Notes: a model not told the origin generated them from the letters alone. DNA of 64,000 nt from an uncultured Candidatus Saccharibacteria bacterium (GCA_964357635.1 CAYHLZ010000001.1:198674-262673); one strand, 5' to 3'. Counted from the first letter of the stretch, positions 20,214 to 30,356 are shown. A program made the numbers and translations.

Positions 20214-23200
20214 TTAACCCCCGAAAAGATTTTTCAGGAAGTTTATAAGTCCTCCTCCACTCTCGCTTTCCCCTACTGCTGCAGGCAAACGATCAAGATC
20301 AATATCTTCTTCGCCTTCCTCGTCAACATTTTCCTCTTCGTTGTTGGTGGTTGGAGTATTAGAGTTTGATTCTGGCAGAGCAGACGCTAGAGGTTCGTGC
20401 GGAACATTCGGATTCTTTGACCACTCAATAAGTTCAGGCAGTTGTATTGCTAGGTCTGGACACTCGAGCATGTTGATCCATCGCAGTGTCGTCTGATAGA
20501 CAAGACCTGTTGGACCGTTGAGATTCCACGGGGTGAGAACTTCGCCGGCAAACTTCTCTTGGAATGCTCTAAGCACTTCAAGAGTTTGCGGACCATAGAC
20601 ACCGGTAATCGGGAGGTTGGAATGCATCCACTTGTTCAGGAACGTTTGAAGAAGTTTGACTTGCTCCACGTCATTGTTGGCAGAACCGAAGCGGATGAAT
20701 CTGTCCATGTAGAGTAAACAGCTCTCGCGAAATGTGGAAGCTCCCAAAACCTGGCCGTTACCACTTCTGAAGTCTCTACTGGTACTTGATGGATTAGATG
20801 GCTCGTCAGCAAGTGTTGGAGGGTTAGGATCAGACTCGTCGTCGTCATTTGGGTCGTAAGAAGACGAATTGGAAGCATCACTGTCAGTATGACACCCAGG
20901 ATCCTCTGAATCGGTTGCTTGGTCTCCATCGTTGTCATCGTCGTCGGAACACTGAGGAAGTTCTTGTTGTGATGGACAATCCTCTGTGCTGCTTTGATTA
21001 CCTTCAACATACGGGCACACGTCAACTACAACGGGGGCATTGAATCCGACACAATAGTAAGTCTGTCCAGCGACCACAGGGTCAATTAAGTCATAGTTGT
21101 CGTAATTCAGAACATCGTCACTGCAGTAGAATTCGGCTGAAACATCCTGGTCTTGGGGTTCTGTGGTATCTCCGGAAAACGCAATATAATTGGAGTCAAA
21201 TTGTTCGCGTAGCCAGACCAGAGAACCTGCTGGAACAGAGACGCTCGTGGTAAATGGAGTCCAGGCTTCGCCACCTGCTTCTACGCTGTCTCCGGGGTTT
21301 GAAGTGCCGTTAGGAGCCCACTCAAAGGTCCATTCTTCAATATGACAATCTTGGGTTTCGTCTTCAAGATCATCTGCTAGGAAGTTAGGAACAGTGGTAG
21401 AAGTGATATCGGCACTACCCTCTCCCCAGTTCGGAAGGTCATCTTCAGAATCGCAGACAATTTTGGAGGCGTATATAGTTGCAGTGTCTGGATCTGGGTA
21501 ATTCGGAACACATTCGTTTTCTACCTCATGGTAACCTTCTTCGCATTCTTCTGGAGGTGGAGGCACACAGGCATTTTCATTAAGTGAGAGTTTGTAGAGA
21601 AGTCCTGCTGGGTTACTTGCTGGGTCGGCACTTTGCTCGGCTGACTCCCAGTTAGTTACCGTGATTTCTAGCGTGTTTAATCCGCTGATAAGAAGCGAGC
21701 TTACATCGTAAGAATCTTGAGTAGCGAGTTGGAAATTATTCTGGTCAAATACAACGGGCAGAGAATTTCCATTTAATTTGACACTGTAGTTGTTATCAGC
21801 TGCGACATCAAGAGTTCCACCAGTCGGTGTTCCAACGATGGCAAATGTCTTGGTAAATACTTTTGTCAGGTCGCCGTCATTCGTCGGGGCTTCAACCGGA
21901 TCGGTTGCCCAGATCCAAGTGGCGTCGGGAATAGATGCAGTCCAAGCTGGATGAATAAAGGTGAGTTCGGATGCGTATCCATCTCCGTCACTAGTAGTAT
22001 CGTCAGAAACTAAAGTCTGAGAACTTACTACATCTTCACAAGGGGTTTGTTTCGGCACACAGACCAGACTTGCGTTATCAAGGTATCCACCAAAGCTGGT
22101 GTCGGTGCCGTTGTCAGAGAATTCAATTTTAGTCGTTGGATTAGTGGCTGTAAATGTGCGGCTGATGCTTTCCCAAACTGTATTGCCATTTAGGGTTCCG
22201 TCTGTCGCAACATTTGCGCCAAGTACCGAGCCATCAACTTTTACCTGCAAACTATTGTCTGCCAAATTGCGTCCAGGTCTTGGAGAATAATTGAAGTTAA
22301 GAGCGTATTCTTCCCCTACGATAGTAGGAATGTTCTGCCAAATTGTAACTGGATGGTCTCCGTCTAGTTCAGCATGTTGTGCTCCTGATGCTGGTGATCC
22401 AGCAACATTATTCTGAATCTCAAGACCAAGAGTTCCACCCTCTTGTGGGGTTACCCAAGCGACGAACCATTCAAGAAGAGGGTTTGAATCAGGAATGATG
22501 CTCCATGTCCCGTTACCTAAAACTGGCGTCTCAAAACCTCCGTTTTCTAGAAGGTTAAGTTCTGGCACACAAGCCTGAGGTGGCTCAACGTCATCATTGG
22601 TGACTGTGCATGTTTTCTCATCACCTAGCGCCATATTGCCAGAACAGTCTTCAGAAAATGTCGGAACACCGTAGCCCGGAGCAATTGACTCCGCAACACC
22701 ATAGGGACCTACACCAAGAATTACAAGAGTACCCTCTTCAGAGCCGGGAAATTGTCCTGCAGGGTTTGCGTTAACACCGTTTACAATAAGTGAAAAATCG
22801 TCGGCTTCTGCCGTACCGTTGTCATCATTAACCACGTGTTTGATAACTGTAAGAGTCGGGAGTTTTGAATTGGTTATGGTGCAGGTGTATGGTCCATTGC
22901 CATTATCTACAGGAATGTTGTTGCAATGATTAGCATTCTCTCCTGGTCGATCACTTGAGTAAGTGGCTGTGTAGCCGGATTCTGAATCCTCTACAACATC
23001 GTAAACGCCGTTAGCAAGTCCTGTAATTAGATTTGTACCGTCCGCCTCAAACTGATATCCGATTGGAGGAACTTCTCCTTGCTTATCAACAGTGAAACTG
23101 AAATCGTCTGCGCCTGCTTCCTCGTCACCGACAAAGACTTTCTTTACAATCAGTTGGATCGGCTCGTTTGTGAAGGTGCAAGTAATATCTTCATAGAGCG

Positions 23201-24059
23201 AAACGTTAACAGTGGCGGTACCTGTCTCTAGATCAATCTCGGCAGTTTCATCATCACAGTAAATACCTGTTAAGACGTAGCCATCTTTTTGGCTTTCCGT
23301 AACGGTGTAAATCCCTTCAACTAGATTGCCCAGCTTATGTTTTTCACCACCACCCAGAGAGAAGTTATCAGAGCCTTCTACGTTTGAAGAAAAGTCAAAC
23401 TTATCCTTAGTTGGTGAAGTTACGACCTTTCTTACTGCAATGTTGCCGAGCCTATCACCCTTAACGAGGACCCCATCTACACGGAAATATTCACTGGAAT
23501 CACTGGAAGATTGTCTAAAGCGTAGTATAAACGAGGAGTTATTTAGAGAGTCAGACAAATCAACAGACTGCATCGTACTCCAGCTTTCGTGCACATTGTT
23601 GTTTCCGTCGTCCAATTCGTGGGTTGCAAGCGATGTCCAGCCGGACGCTGAAGTGCAACTACCTGAAGCCCTGTATTCTACCGTGCCACTTTCGCTATCT
23701 TCGGCATCTGCGTCACCTCGCCAGAAATAATGTAAAAAGAGATTGGTATGTCCTGAAGTATCTATCGTTCTACAAATCCAGTCATCTTCGCCGATCTTTG
23801 CAAAAAGATCACCCTGTGGACTTACCTGATCTTCACCGCTTATAGCACCGGGTTGAGGAATGGTAGAAGAATCGTTGTCTGTCCCTTCTTCATTCCACCC
23901 ACTGATATCATCTGGATCAGAACCTGCAGTAAAACCATCACTAAAAACAGTTGCTGCGGAAACTGTTTTTGGAACCAAGAAGGCTAAGGAAACAAAAAGC
24001 CCGAACACGAGAAAAGTGTCTAGAATAAAACTTATTTTCTTCATATTTTTTGGTATCAA
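20214..24059 (-). CDS. Very large secreted cell-surface protein with repeated Ig-like/prealbumin-like (DUF11/SdrD-B-like) modules, a peptidoglycan-binding domain and an acidic C-terminal tail
   Basis: Signal peptide; recurrent T-C-T-(F/V/I)-TN modules (ITCTFTNEP, TCTITNSK, TCTVTNDD); PG_binding_1-like segment (LLQTFLNKWMHSNLPITGVYGPQTLEVLRAFQ); Asp/Glu/Ser-rich stretches. 1281 aa. Confidence 0.6.
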   Translation of the reverse strand: MIPKNMKKISFILDTFLVFGLFVSLAFLVPKTVSAATVFSDGFTAGSDPDDISGWNEEGTDNDSSTIPQPGAISGEDQVSPQGDLFAKIGEDDWICRTIDTSGHTNLFLHYFWRGDADAEDSESGTVEYRASGSCTSASGWTSLATHELDDGNNNVHESWSTMQSVDLSDSLNNSSFILRFRQSSSDSSEYFRVDGVLVKGDRLGNIAVRKVVTSPTKDKFDFSSNVEGSDNFSLGGGEKHKLGNLVEGIYTVTESQKDGYVLTGIYCDDETAEIDLETGTATVNVSLYEDITCTFTNEPIQLIVKKVFVGDEEAGADDFSFTVDKQGEVPPIGYQFEADGTNLITGLANGVYDVVEDSESGYTATYSSDRPGENANHCNNIPVDNGNGPYTCTITNSKLPTLTVIKHVVNDDNGTAEADDFSLIVNGVNANPAGQFPGSEEGTLVILGVGPYGVAESIAPGYGVPTFSEDCSGNMALGDEKTCTVTNDDVEPPQACVPELNLLENGGFETPVLGNGTWSIIPDSNPLLEWFVAWVTPQEGGTLGLEIQNNVAGSPASGAQHAELDGDHPVTIWQNIPTIVGEEYALNFNYSPRPGRNLADNSLQVKVDGSVLGANVATDGTLNGNTVWESISRTFTATNPTTKIEFSDNGTDTSFGGYLDNASLVCVPKQTPCEDVVSSQTLVSDDTTSDGDGYASELTFIHPAWTASIPDATWIWATDPVEAPTNDGDLTKVFTKTFAIVGTPTGGTLDVAADNNYSVKLNGNSLPVVFDQNNFQLATQDSYDVSSLLISGLNTLEITVTNWESAEQSADPASNPAGLLYKLSLNENACVPPPPEECEEGYHEVENECVPNYPDPDTATIYASKIVCDSEDDLPNWGEGSADITSTTVPNFLADDLEDETQDCHIEEWTFEWAPNGTSNPGDSVEAGGEAWTPFTTSVSVPAGSLVWLREQFDSNYIAFSGDTTEPQDQDVSAEFYCSDDVLNYDNYDLIDPVVAGQTYYCVGFNAPVVVDVCPYVEGNQSSTEDCPSQQELPQCSDDDDNDGDQATDSEDPGCHTDSDASNSSSYDPNDDDESDPNPPTLADEPSNPSSTSRDFRSGNGQVLGASTFRESCLLYMDRFIRFGSANNDVEQVKLLQTFLNKWMHSNLPITGVYGPQTLEVLRAFQEKFAGEVLTPWNLNGPTGLVYQTTLRWINMLECPDLAIQLPELIEWSKNPNVPHEPLASALPESNSNTPTTNNEEENVDEEGEEDIDLDRLPAAVGESESGGGLINFLKNLFGG

Positions 24060-24213
24060 GCTTATTAATTAAATAGGAATGGGAGCTCTCTAAAAGAGAG
24101 GATACTCCTATATGCCTTTGGGTGTCAAATGAGGATTTGACAATTGACAAGACTGGTTATTTTTTATATGGTCAAGGCGGTTTAGCGCCATTCCGGCGCT
24201 TATGGAGACTGCG

Positions 24214-24867
24214 ATGAAAAATGTGTTCTTTTCAATCGTTCTCTTGTTCGCGTCGGTATCGGCGTTCGCTGGGGGGACAACTTCCTCCGGAGGCACGGTG
24301 TACACCTCAATCTCGAACGAATCGTTTGGTTATGCCGACCTTCGCGGTGGGGACGGTGGGTGCATCGAGACCGAGACAATCATGTATGCGACGAGGTCCG
24401 CCAACCGGATCAACTTTGAGAAATGGATCATCACTACAGAGGTCAAGATCGACTCTATGGTCCGGCGCAACACCTGTACCGGTGTGCTCGAGTTCAGTGC
24501 TTCCGGAATCGGTCCAGTCGAGAGCTTCCAGCACATTGCCAGTACGTCCAAGGACGGAGTGGTAACCGATGCCATGGCGTCGGTCGTGGCAACCGTTCTC
24601 GTTAACGACACTGTGTCCGGCTCACGAGTTCCGGTGAGAGTCAGTCTCATCTGGACCGCCTTCGGAGTAAAGACGCTGCTCAACCACGAAACGAAACACA
24701 TATACCCGGGGGGATACTGGGATCTCTCAGCTCTTCTCCGCGGTAGTATGTACATCGAGTCGTCAGTTGCGGGTTCGCTCTCCGACGGTGTCTACGAGTA
24801 CGCCCAGACCTACGCATCTGCAACTTGGGCGCAAACGAACAACCTGTACATGGAGAACTCTCCGTAA
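24214..24867 (+). CDS. Hypothetical secreted protein encoded on a GC-rich island (start at MKNVFF)
   Basis: Signal peptide MKNVFFSIVLLFASVSAFA. GC is about 55% with GC3-biased codons, against about 40% in the flanks. Followed by an intrinsic terminator. Confidence 0.55.
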   Translation: MKNVFFSIVLLFASVSAFAGGTTSSGGTVYTSISNESFGYADLRGGDGGCIETETIMYATRSANRINFEKWIITTEVKIDSMVRRNTCTGVLEFSASGIGPVESFQHIASTSKDGVVTDAMASVVATVLVNDTVSGSRVPVRVSLIWTAFGVKTLLNHETKHIYPGGYWDLSALLRGSMYIESSVAGSLSDGVYEYAQTYASATWAQTNNLYMENSP

Positions 24868-24891
24868 TGATTCGGCGCAAGTCGCCACAAG

Positions 24892-24924
24892 GTGCTCCGG
24901 TGTCTAACATCGGAGCACTTTTTT
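24892..24924 (+). terminator. Intrinsic terminator after the GC-island gene
   Basis: GTGCTCCG-gtgtctaacat-CGGAGCAC hairpin followed by TTTTTT. Confidence 0.7.
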
Positions 24925-26248
24925 AATTAATCATTTTTATCTTGGCACCTATTTTATTAAGCCTACCAACGATATTTTCATACCCACGGTTTATGGCATA
25001 GACATTTCTAAGCGTCGACTTGCCCCGAGCGCCAAGCATCGCGACAAGAAGCATGACAGAAGGTCGGAGCGCTGGTGGACAGACTATCTGTGTCCCCCGA
25101 AGTTTCGTCGGTCCTTCTACAAAAACTCTGTGAGAGTCTGCAAGTTTTATAGAAGCTCCCAAGCGGTTAAGCTCGGTAAAGAAAACTGCCCTGTCTTCCC
25201 ACATCCAGTCGTGTATGAGAGTGCTCCCTGTCGCCTGTGTCGCAATGGGTACAAAAAATGGCAGGTTGTCTGTATTGATACCGGGGTAAGGCAGAGCGTG
25301 AATCTTGTCGTGAAGTGCGGTGAGCTTGGAAGGTTTTATAGTGATGTCCACCAGTTTCGTTTTTCTGTTCTTAGATAAATAAGTTTTTGAGAGTAAGAAC
25401 TTCTGACCCATCTTCTCAAGTTTGAGAAGTTCTACTTTTAAGAAATCTATTGGTGCCCGCTTCACTGTAAGTTTGGAGCGAGTTAAGATGGCAGCGGTGA
25501 CAAAAAACATTGCTTCAATAGGATCCTCGCTGTTGTAGTACTCAATATCTTTTTCTATATTTGGACTGCCTACTATGGTGAGAGTCTTCGTGCCGATGCC
25601 ATCTATTTTTATTCCTAGTTGAGCCAAGAAATAACACACTTCAAGAGTCATGTAGTTCTGCTGGGCGAAGTCAATAACCGTTTTCTGTGACAACACAGCT
25701 GCTCGCAGTATCGCATTAGTCGTGCCGGTATCCGATGCCTCGTACATCACCACTTCTTTGCGTGGAGGTTTGGCACTGGAAATCTGGTAGTGATTTTCTT
25801 TAGTTATAATTTTTAACCCCAAGTCTTCTAGAGCAAAGCGGTGCGCAGCAATGGTTCTCTCCCCCATCTTACAGCCACCGATATGCGGTAGTTTAAAGGA
25901 TTTAAAGCGTCCCGAGAGTGGGCCAATAAGCATTAGGGTAGAACGGATCCTGCCGGCGGCACGGGCGTTGATTTTATTTATTGAAAAGTTTTTAGGTGGA
26001 GAGATGGTGATTGTATGTTTGTCAGTCCATAAGACTTTTATGCCAAGACTTTTAAAAACTTCTATCAGGCGGTTAACTTCCTCTATGCGAGGGATGTTGT
26101 GGAGCGTAGTTTTGCCTCTGTTCACTAAAGCGGCGGCAAAGAGATGTGTTGCGCCGTTTTTAGACGAGTTGGTGGTAATAGTGCCCGAAAGTTTGCGTCC
26201 TCCCTCTATCTCAAAGTTGTCGCCATCTGACTGTTGGTTTTTTGCCAT
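24923..26248 (-). CDS. murA: UDP-N-acetylglucosamine 1-carboxyvinyltransferase
   Basis: EPSP-synthase fold with the MurA-typical N-terminus KLSGTITTNSSKNGATHLFAAALV...; about 440 aa. The start was placed at MAKNQQ to avoid overlapping the upstream gene. Confidence 0.85.
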   Translation of the reverse strand: MAKNQQSDGDNFEIEGGRKLSGTITTNSSKNGATHLFAAALVNRGKTTLHNIPRIEEVNRLIEVFKSLGIKVLWTDKHTITISPPKNFSINKINARAAGRIRSTLMLIGPLSGRFKSFKLPHIGGCKMGERTIAAHRFALEDLGLKIITKENHYQISSAKPPRKEVVMYEASDTGTTNAILRAAVLSQKTVIDFAQQNYMTLEVCYFLAQLGIKIDGIGTKTLTIVGSPNIEKDIEYYNSEDPIEAMFFVTAAILTRSKLTVKRAPIDFLKVELLKLEKMGQKFLLSKTYLSKNRKTKLVDITIKPSKLTALHDKIHALPYPGINTDNLPFFVPIATQATGSTLIHDWMWEDRAVFFTELNRLGASIKLADSHRVFVEGPTKLRGTQIVCPPALRPSVMLLVAMLGARGKSTLRNVYAINRGYENIVGRLNKIGAKIKMIN

Positions 26249-26252
26249 ATTT

Positions 26253-26810
26253 TTATTCAAACCTGACTGGGATCTCAAGCGCATCATCGTGCTCTGGCAG
26301 ACCAGAGGGGTTGTCCTTCTTTAAGATAAGTGTGCCACGTTTGCTATAAACTTCTGGGTTTACAGTAAAGTTTAGTGTCGTCTCAAATGGCACAAAGTCT
26401 TCTGTCATCCAGCCTGCCCCGCCATCGGCGGGGTCACTTTTCGCAGTCGCAATACCTTCAGCGATGATGAGTCCGTCCCAGTCTGTAAGATAAACTGGAA
26501 AACTAGCTTCAAAGAACCAGTATCCTCTCGCCTCTCCCTTGACTACGAGTGGGCTCTTTATAACCTGATTCGGTCTTGGGTTATTAAGCACTATAAGATC
26601 CATCTTTAAAAGTTCATTACCAATATCTTCTGTATAAGTTTTATCGCCGTCTCTACATTGCCTGGGGTAGCTCTCCATCACTGGATTTCCCTTCGCCACA
26701 CATTCTTCAAAACTAAGAGCAAGCTCTGTCTTACGACTATCTAAATGAAACCATGTGCCAAGACCTAAAACAATTAAGGCAAAAATAAAGATAAGGAATG
26801 TTTTTCTCAT
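26253..26810 (-). CDS. Secreted Gmad2 (GerM-associated) Ig-like domain protein
   Basis: Signal peptide plus a C-terminal region resembling the Gmad2 Ig-like domain (FEASFPVYLTDWDGLIIAEGIATA...FVPFETTLNF). Confidence 0.45.
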   Translation of the reverse strand: MRKTFLIFIFALIVLGLGTWFHLDSRKTELALSFEECVAKGNPVMESYPRQCRDGDKTYTEDIGNELLKMDLIVLNNPRPNQVIKSPLVVKGEARGYWFFEASFPVYLTDWDGLIIAEGIATAKSDPADGGAGWMTEDFVPFETTLNFTVNPEVYSKRGTLILKKDNPSGLPEHDDALEIPVRFE

Positions 26811-27190
26811 ACTATGTAGGGTAGAAATATGGTGAGACCGATAACGAGAGCGGTGATGGCAGAGATAAGAACTGCTCCAGCGGCGACGTCCTTGGTGTCT
26901 CTGGCGTATGGATGGGTTCCTGGTGAAGTTAGATTTATATCTATCTCAATGGCTGTATTAAAGGCTTCAGAAGCGAGCACAAATCCGAAAGCCAAGGTAA
27001 GTACTGCCCATTCTAAAGATGGGATGTCAAAGTAAATACCGAGTAGAATTGCACCGAGAAATACTACTATCTGTATCCAGGCATTGTGGGTTGTCTTAAT
27101 AAAGAGTTTAAGTCCCCTGCCCGCATGCACAAAACTCTTGGCGCGTTTAACGAGAGAAAACTCTTCTTTGGTATCAATTTTCTCGTCCAT
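26807..27190 (-). CDS. dgkA: Diacylglycerol/undecaprenol kinase (DgkA family); the start is corrected to the internal Met, while the ORF runs to 27388
   Basis: Prokaryotic DAGK signature with 3 TM segments (HNAWIQIVVFLGAILLG...ASEAFNTAIEIDINL). 127 aa from the internal start. Confidence 0.65.
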   Translation of the reverse strand: MDEKIDTKEEFSLVKRAKSFVHAGRGLKLFIKTTHNAWIQIVVFLGAILLGIYFDIPSLEWAVLTLAFGFVLASEAFNTAIEIDINLTSPGTHPYARDTKDVAAGAVLISAITALVIGLTIFLPYIV

Positions 27191-27262
27191 GTGCACAAAT
27201 TGTATCAGAAAATGGGTTATAATATAAGGTATTACTGAATTAGATAATAATGAATAAACGAT

Positions 27263-27709
27263 ATGAATAAATTTCTTGGATGTAATTGTTTCGGTAAGTG
27301 TAGAGACTGGGCGCCACTTGTCTTGCGTCTTGCTCTCGGTACGGTCTTTGCTTGGCACGGTTATGACAAAATCTTTACTATCGGACACGAGGGCGTCACA
27401 GGATTTTTGGGAAGCCTTGGTCTTCCGCTCCCATCTCTTATGGCCTACATCCTAGCCTACGGTGAATTTATCGGCGGTCTCTTGTTAATCGTCGGTCTCT
27501 TTACTCACTGGGCCGCTAAGTTTGGTCTAATCGTGGCTCTGGTTGCCTTCTTTACCGTTCATGTATCCAATGGCTTCTCTATTGCGAACGGTGGTTACGA
27601 GTTCATTATGCTTATCGGCGCAGCCTCTCTATCGCTTCTTATAACTGGTGCAGGTAAGTACTCACTTGACGCAAGGTGGCATAAAAATTCTAGTCCCGAA
27701 AGTAACTAA
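27263..27709 (+). CDS. DoxX family membrane protein
   Basis: DoxX-like N-terminus (APLVLRLALGTVFAWHGYDKI), 4 TM segments, 148 aa. Confidence 0.65.
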   Translation: MNKFLGCNCFGKCRDWAPLVLRLALGTVFAWHGYDKIFTIGHEGVTGFLGSLGLPLPSLMAYILAYGEFIGGLLLIVGLFTHWAAKFGLIVALVAFFTVHVSNGFSIANGGYEFIMLIGAASLSLLITGAGKYSLDARWHKNSSPESN

Positions 27710-27735
27710 AAATCTCTTTTATTATTGTTTCCGTA

Positions 27736-28449
27736 CTAGTAACCGGTGAATTCTTCAGTTCTGATATCGTCGTTACTTACCCCGCTCCTGTTTAGCATGT
27801 CTCGCATGGCGGTCACCATGGTTATGGGTCCTGCGATGTAGTAGATGGGAGTAAGTTTTTTGTCTACATGCCTCGCAAGCATCTCCGCATTGATATATCC
27901 CCTCTCGCCAAGCCATTTCTCTTTGGAACTTTCCATGTTGGTCATAGTGCCGACAAATTTAAAGTTTCTATCGTGAAATGGTAAGGAAATAAGGTTTTCT
28001 AGAAATGGTGCATCCTCTGGTCGCCGGTTGGAGTAAAGAAGAATGATTTTGTGCGGAAGAGAGCGGAGAGATGCATTCGTCACCATTGAGTAAAAGGGTG
28101 TGATCCCTATACCACCGGCTAAGAAAATTGCGGGCCTATTTACATTTTCATGTAGAAAGAAGTCACCGTATGGTCCTTCAATACTTAATTCTGTTCCCAC
28201 ACTCATATTTTTCAAAACACGTTTGAAGGATGTGTCTCGCATGCGAGTAGCTATGGCAAGGTGTTCATCTGTGGGAACGCTCGCCAGAGAAAAAGTGCGT
28301 TTGTCCCCCTCGGCATCAGTCTCTGGTGAATTAATAAGGAAAAAGTCGGCGTTTTGCCCTGCCTTATATTCAAAGTCCTTGGGTTTCTCAAACTTAAAGA
28401 GCATCGTTCCTTCGGCTATGGTCTCGGAGCCTAGGAGTTTCGTTTGCAT
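27736..28449 (-). CDS. Ferredoxin-NADP reductase-like FAD/NAD(P)-binding oxidoreductase
   Basis: FAD_binding_6 (RTFSLASVP) plus NAD_binding_1 (LAGGIGITPFYSM) motifs; 237 aa. Confidence 0.65.
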   Translation of the reverse strand: MQTKLLGSETIAEGTMLFKFEKPKDFEYKAGQNADFFLINSPETDAEGDKRTFSLASVPTDEHLAIATRMRDTSFKRVLKNMSVGTELSIEGPYGDFFLHENVNRPAIFLAGGIGITPFYSMVTNASLRSLPHKIILLYSNRRPEDAPFLENLISLPFHDRNFKFVGTMTNMESSKEKWLGERGYINAEMLARHVDKKLTPIYYIAGPITMVTAMRDMLNRSGVSNDDIRTEEFTGY

Positions 28450-28453
28450 ATAT

Positions 28454-29848
28454 TTATTCTATCTCACAGCGTTGGTCGTGTGGGTCAAAGATAGATTGCT
28501 CAACCTTCTCGCCCTTGATAAAACGAGAAATTCTCATACCACCAAAAATAGATGGCAAGATGCCCACGCCGTTACAACCGAGATTATAAAGGAGAGCGGT
28601 GTTACATGGCTCGGGACCCACTCTTCTGATGCCGTTGGGCGTGTAGCCCATAAGTCCGTGCCAAGAGAAAGCGTATTCAAAGTCAGTTTCAGGATATTTG
28701 TTGTAATTGTCACGAAGAAAGTTGTCTATAAGTATGCGCATATCTTCAGAAGAAGCTTCTTCGCGAGAGTAAAGAGCATGGTTGGGTAAAACTTTCTCTG
28801 GTCCACCAGTACAGGTCAGGTTAAACGAGGTGTCACCTTCGTGCTCGTGGGGGCGACGAGTAAGGTAGAAATATTCTTCGCCTGTTGGGTCAATGCTTTC
28901 TCCATAATCTTTCGGGAGATAACTAATAGCTATCGGCGGATGCTTCATGGGTTCAACATATCCAGACATGTAACCGATGCGCCCAGCGATGGAGTGGTGG
29001 AATTTAGTATCAATCTCTCTGCCAGTAGTGTTCAAGATTTTAAAGTTCTGAAACCCGTTGGTGCAGAGAACAATATTTCTCGCATTCACGGTGTAACCCA
29101 AGACGAGAAGTGAGCCCCCACCCTCTTTCAACTGAACAGTTTTTACCGGACTTCCTTCGTAGAAAGAAAATCTGTCTTTATATGTTGCCCCGAGATAACC
29201 GGCAAGTTCTTCCGAAAACATTGCACTGTTCATACAACCTTTCTGATAAGAAAGAGATGCTATGTAGACAGGGTTATTGCTCTCAATCAGATTTAAAACA
29301 TCTTTGTGTGAGGCGAGTTCATAAAGGTCTTTAAACTCTTCTGGAATCTCTGTGTGTTCGCTCCATTCCTCCGACACTATTAACTGCTCTGCAGGTAAAC
29401 CGCCCTGAACCCGAAAACGATTGCACTTAAGTTGCAAGATTACTTGGTCCAATGTTGAAAGACTGGCATAACCAGTAAAGCGATAAAGCGGGGTCTGAAG
29501 TTTCGCCTCTGCCATTATTTGGTCTATAAGTAGCCAGCCAGACTCAACCGACCTCTGACCATCTAGAGCTAGGTCAAAGCCAAATTCTTCTACCAGTTCT
29601 GTCAGTGGTCGCTCAAAGTAGCTTGTAATCTGACCCGCGTTGTGTCCCGTTGCCCCGTGCGCAATCTTATCGGCTTCCAACAGAACAACTTTTTTATCTG
29701 TGTTGCGCAAGATAAAGTAAGCTGTGACAACCCCAGCAATACCGCCACCAACGATAGCAACATCGCTATCTTGGCTTCTATTTATAGGAGAAACACCTCT
29801 CACGCGCTTCAGCTGTTTTATCCACGGCGAGTGATTCGGTATTGGCAT
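28454..29848 (-). CDS. FAD-dependent oxidoreductase (DAO family)
   Basis: N-terminal dinucleotide-binding motif VAIVGGGIAGVVTAYFI; 464 aa. Adjacent to the FNR-like gene with a 4-bp gap, so probably a two-component oxidoreductase. Confidence 0.6.
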   Translation of the reverse strand: MPIPNHSPWIKQLKRVRGVSPINRSQDSDVAIVGGGIAGVVTAYFILRNTDKKVVLLEADKIAHGATGHNAGQITSYFERPLTELVEEFGFDLALDGQRSVESGWLLIDQIMAEAKLQTPLYRFTGYASLSTLDQVILQLKCNRFRVQGGLPAEQLIVSEEWSEHTEIPEEFKDLYELASHKDVLNLIESNNPVYIASLSYQKGCMNSAMFSEELAGYLGATYKDRFSFYEGSPVKTVQLKEGGGSLLVLGYTVNARNIVLCTNGFQNFKILNTTGREIDTKFHHSIAGRIGYMSGYVEPMKHPPIAISYLPKDYGESIDPTGEEYFYLTRRPHEHEGDTSFNLTCTGGPEKVLPNHALYSREEASSEDMRILIDNFLRDNYNKYPETDFEYAFSWHGLMGYTPNGIRRVGPEPCNTALLYNLGCNGVGILPSIFGGMRISRFIKGEKVEQSIFDPHDQRCEIE

Positions 29849-29888
29849 CCTCTAATTATACAACCTTTCGTACTAGACTGGCTTAGGC

Positions 29889-30356
29889 TCAATTATTTCC
29901 GTTCACAATCTCTGCGATTTTTGGATTCCAAAGAATCATGTCCCCCTCTCTTTTACCATCATATTTCCAATCATGTTTTATTGGTACTTTTTTTATAGAA
30001 TCATTGCTTATCGCTAGGTTGTTACCTATATAAAAACCGAGATGTGGATGCCCATCTGTTTCATTTGATGGTTTCCAGACGATAACACTGCCTACAATTG
30101 GTTCGGAAATTTCACTCCAGCCAGACTCCTTCAAATCCCTAACGGTAGAAGAAACCGTGGCGTGAATTTCTTTTATATATTTGCAGATTACTAAAATGGA
30201 TGAAGCATAGAAAGCACATGACAGTCTGCCATTGTCCGTCGCATCAAGTTTCTCTCCATCGGAATTAATATAAAGATTTTGAAACATCTCTGTGCCGACA
30301 CTTTTCTCTATCATAGAAAGATAAGTATCAAACTGGCGAGGAGTTATCTTTGGCAT
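29889..30356 (-). CDS. NlpC/P60-superfamily (papain-like) Cys/His hydrolase, paralog A (AT-rich)
   Basis: Putative catalytic Cys (LSCAFYASSIL) and His (HPHLGFYIGNNLAIS), matching the NlpC/P60 pattern DCSGxV...HVGIYIG. It is a paralog of the next gene. Confidence 0.5.
   Translation of the reverse strand: MPKITPRQFDTYLSMIEKSVGTEMFQNLYINSDGEKLDATDNGRLSCAFYASSILVICKYIKEIHATVSSTVRDLKESGWSEISEPIVGSVIVWKPSNETDGHPHLGFYIGNNLAISNDSIKKVPIKHDWKYDGKREGDMILWNPKIAEIVNGNN

Noticed and set aside
24130-24175. Doublet TTGACAnTTGACA boxes upstream of the GC-island gene, resembling the doublet at sRNA promoter P2
   Set aside because: The -10 spacing is poor (no clean TATAAT at 17 plus or minus 1), and the similarity is limited to the common -35 hexamer; probably coincidental.
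24221-24910. Five overlapping ORFs on both strands inside the GC-rich island
   Set aside because: High GC suppresses stop codons in all frames. Only the frame with a signal peptide and ordinary amino-acid composition (24214-24867) is credible.
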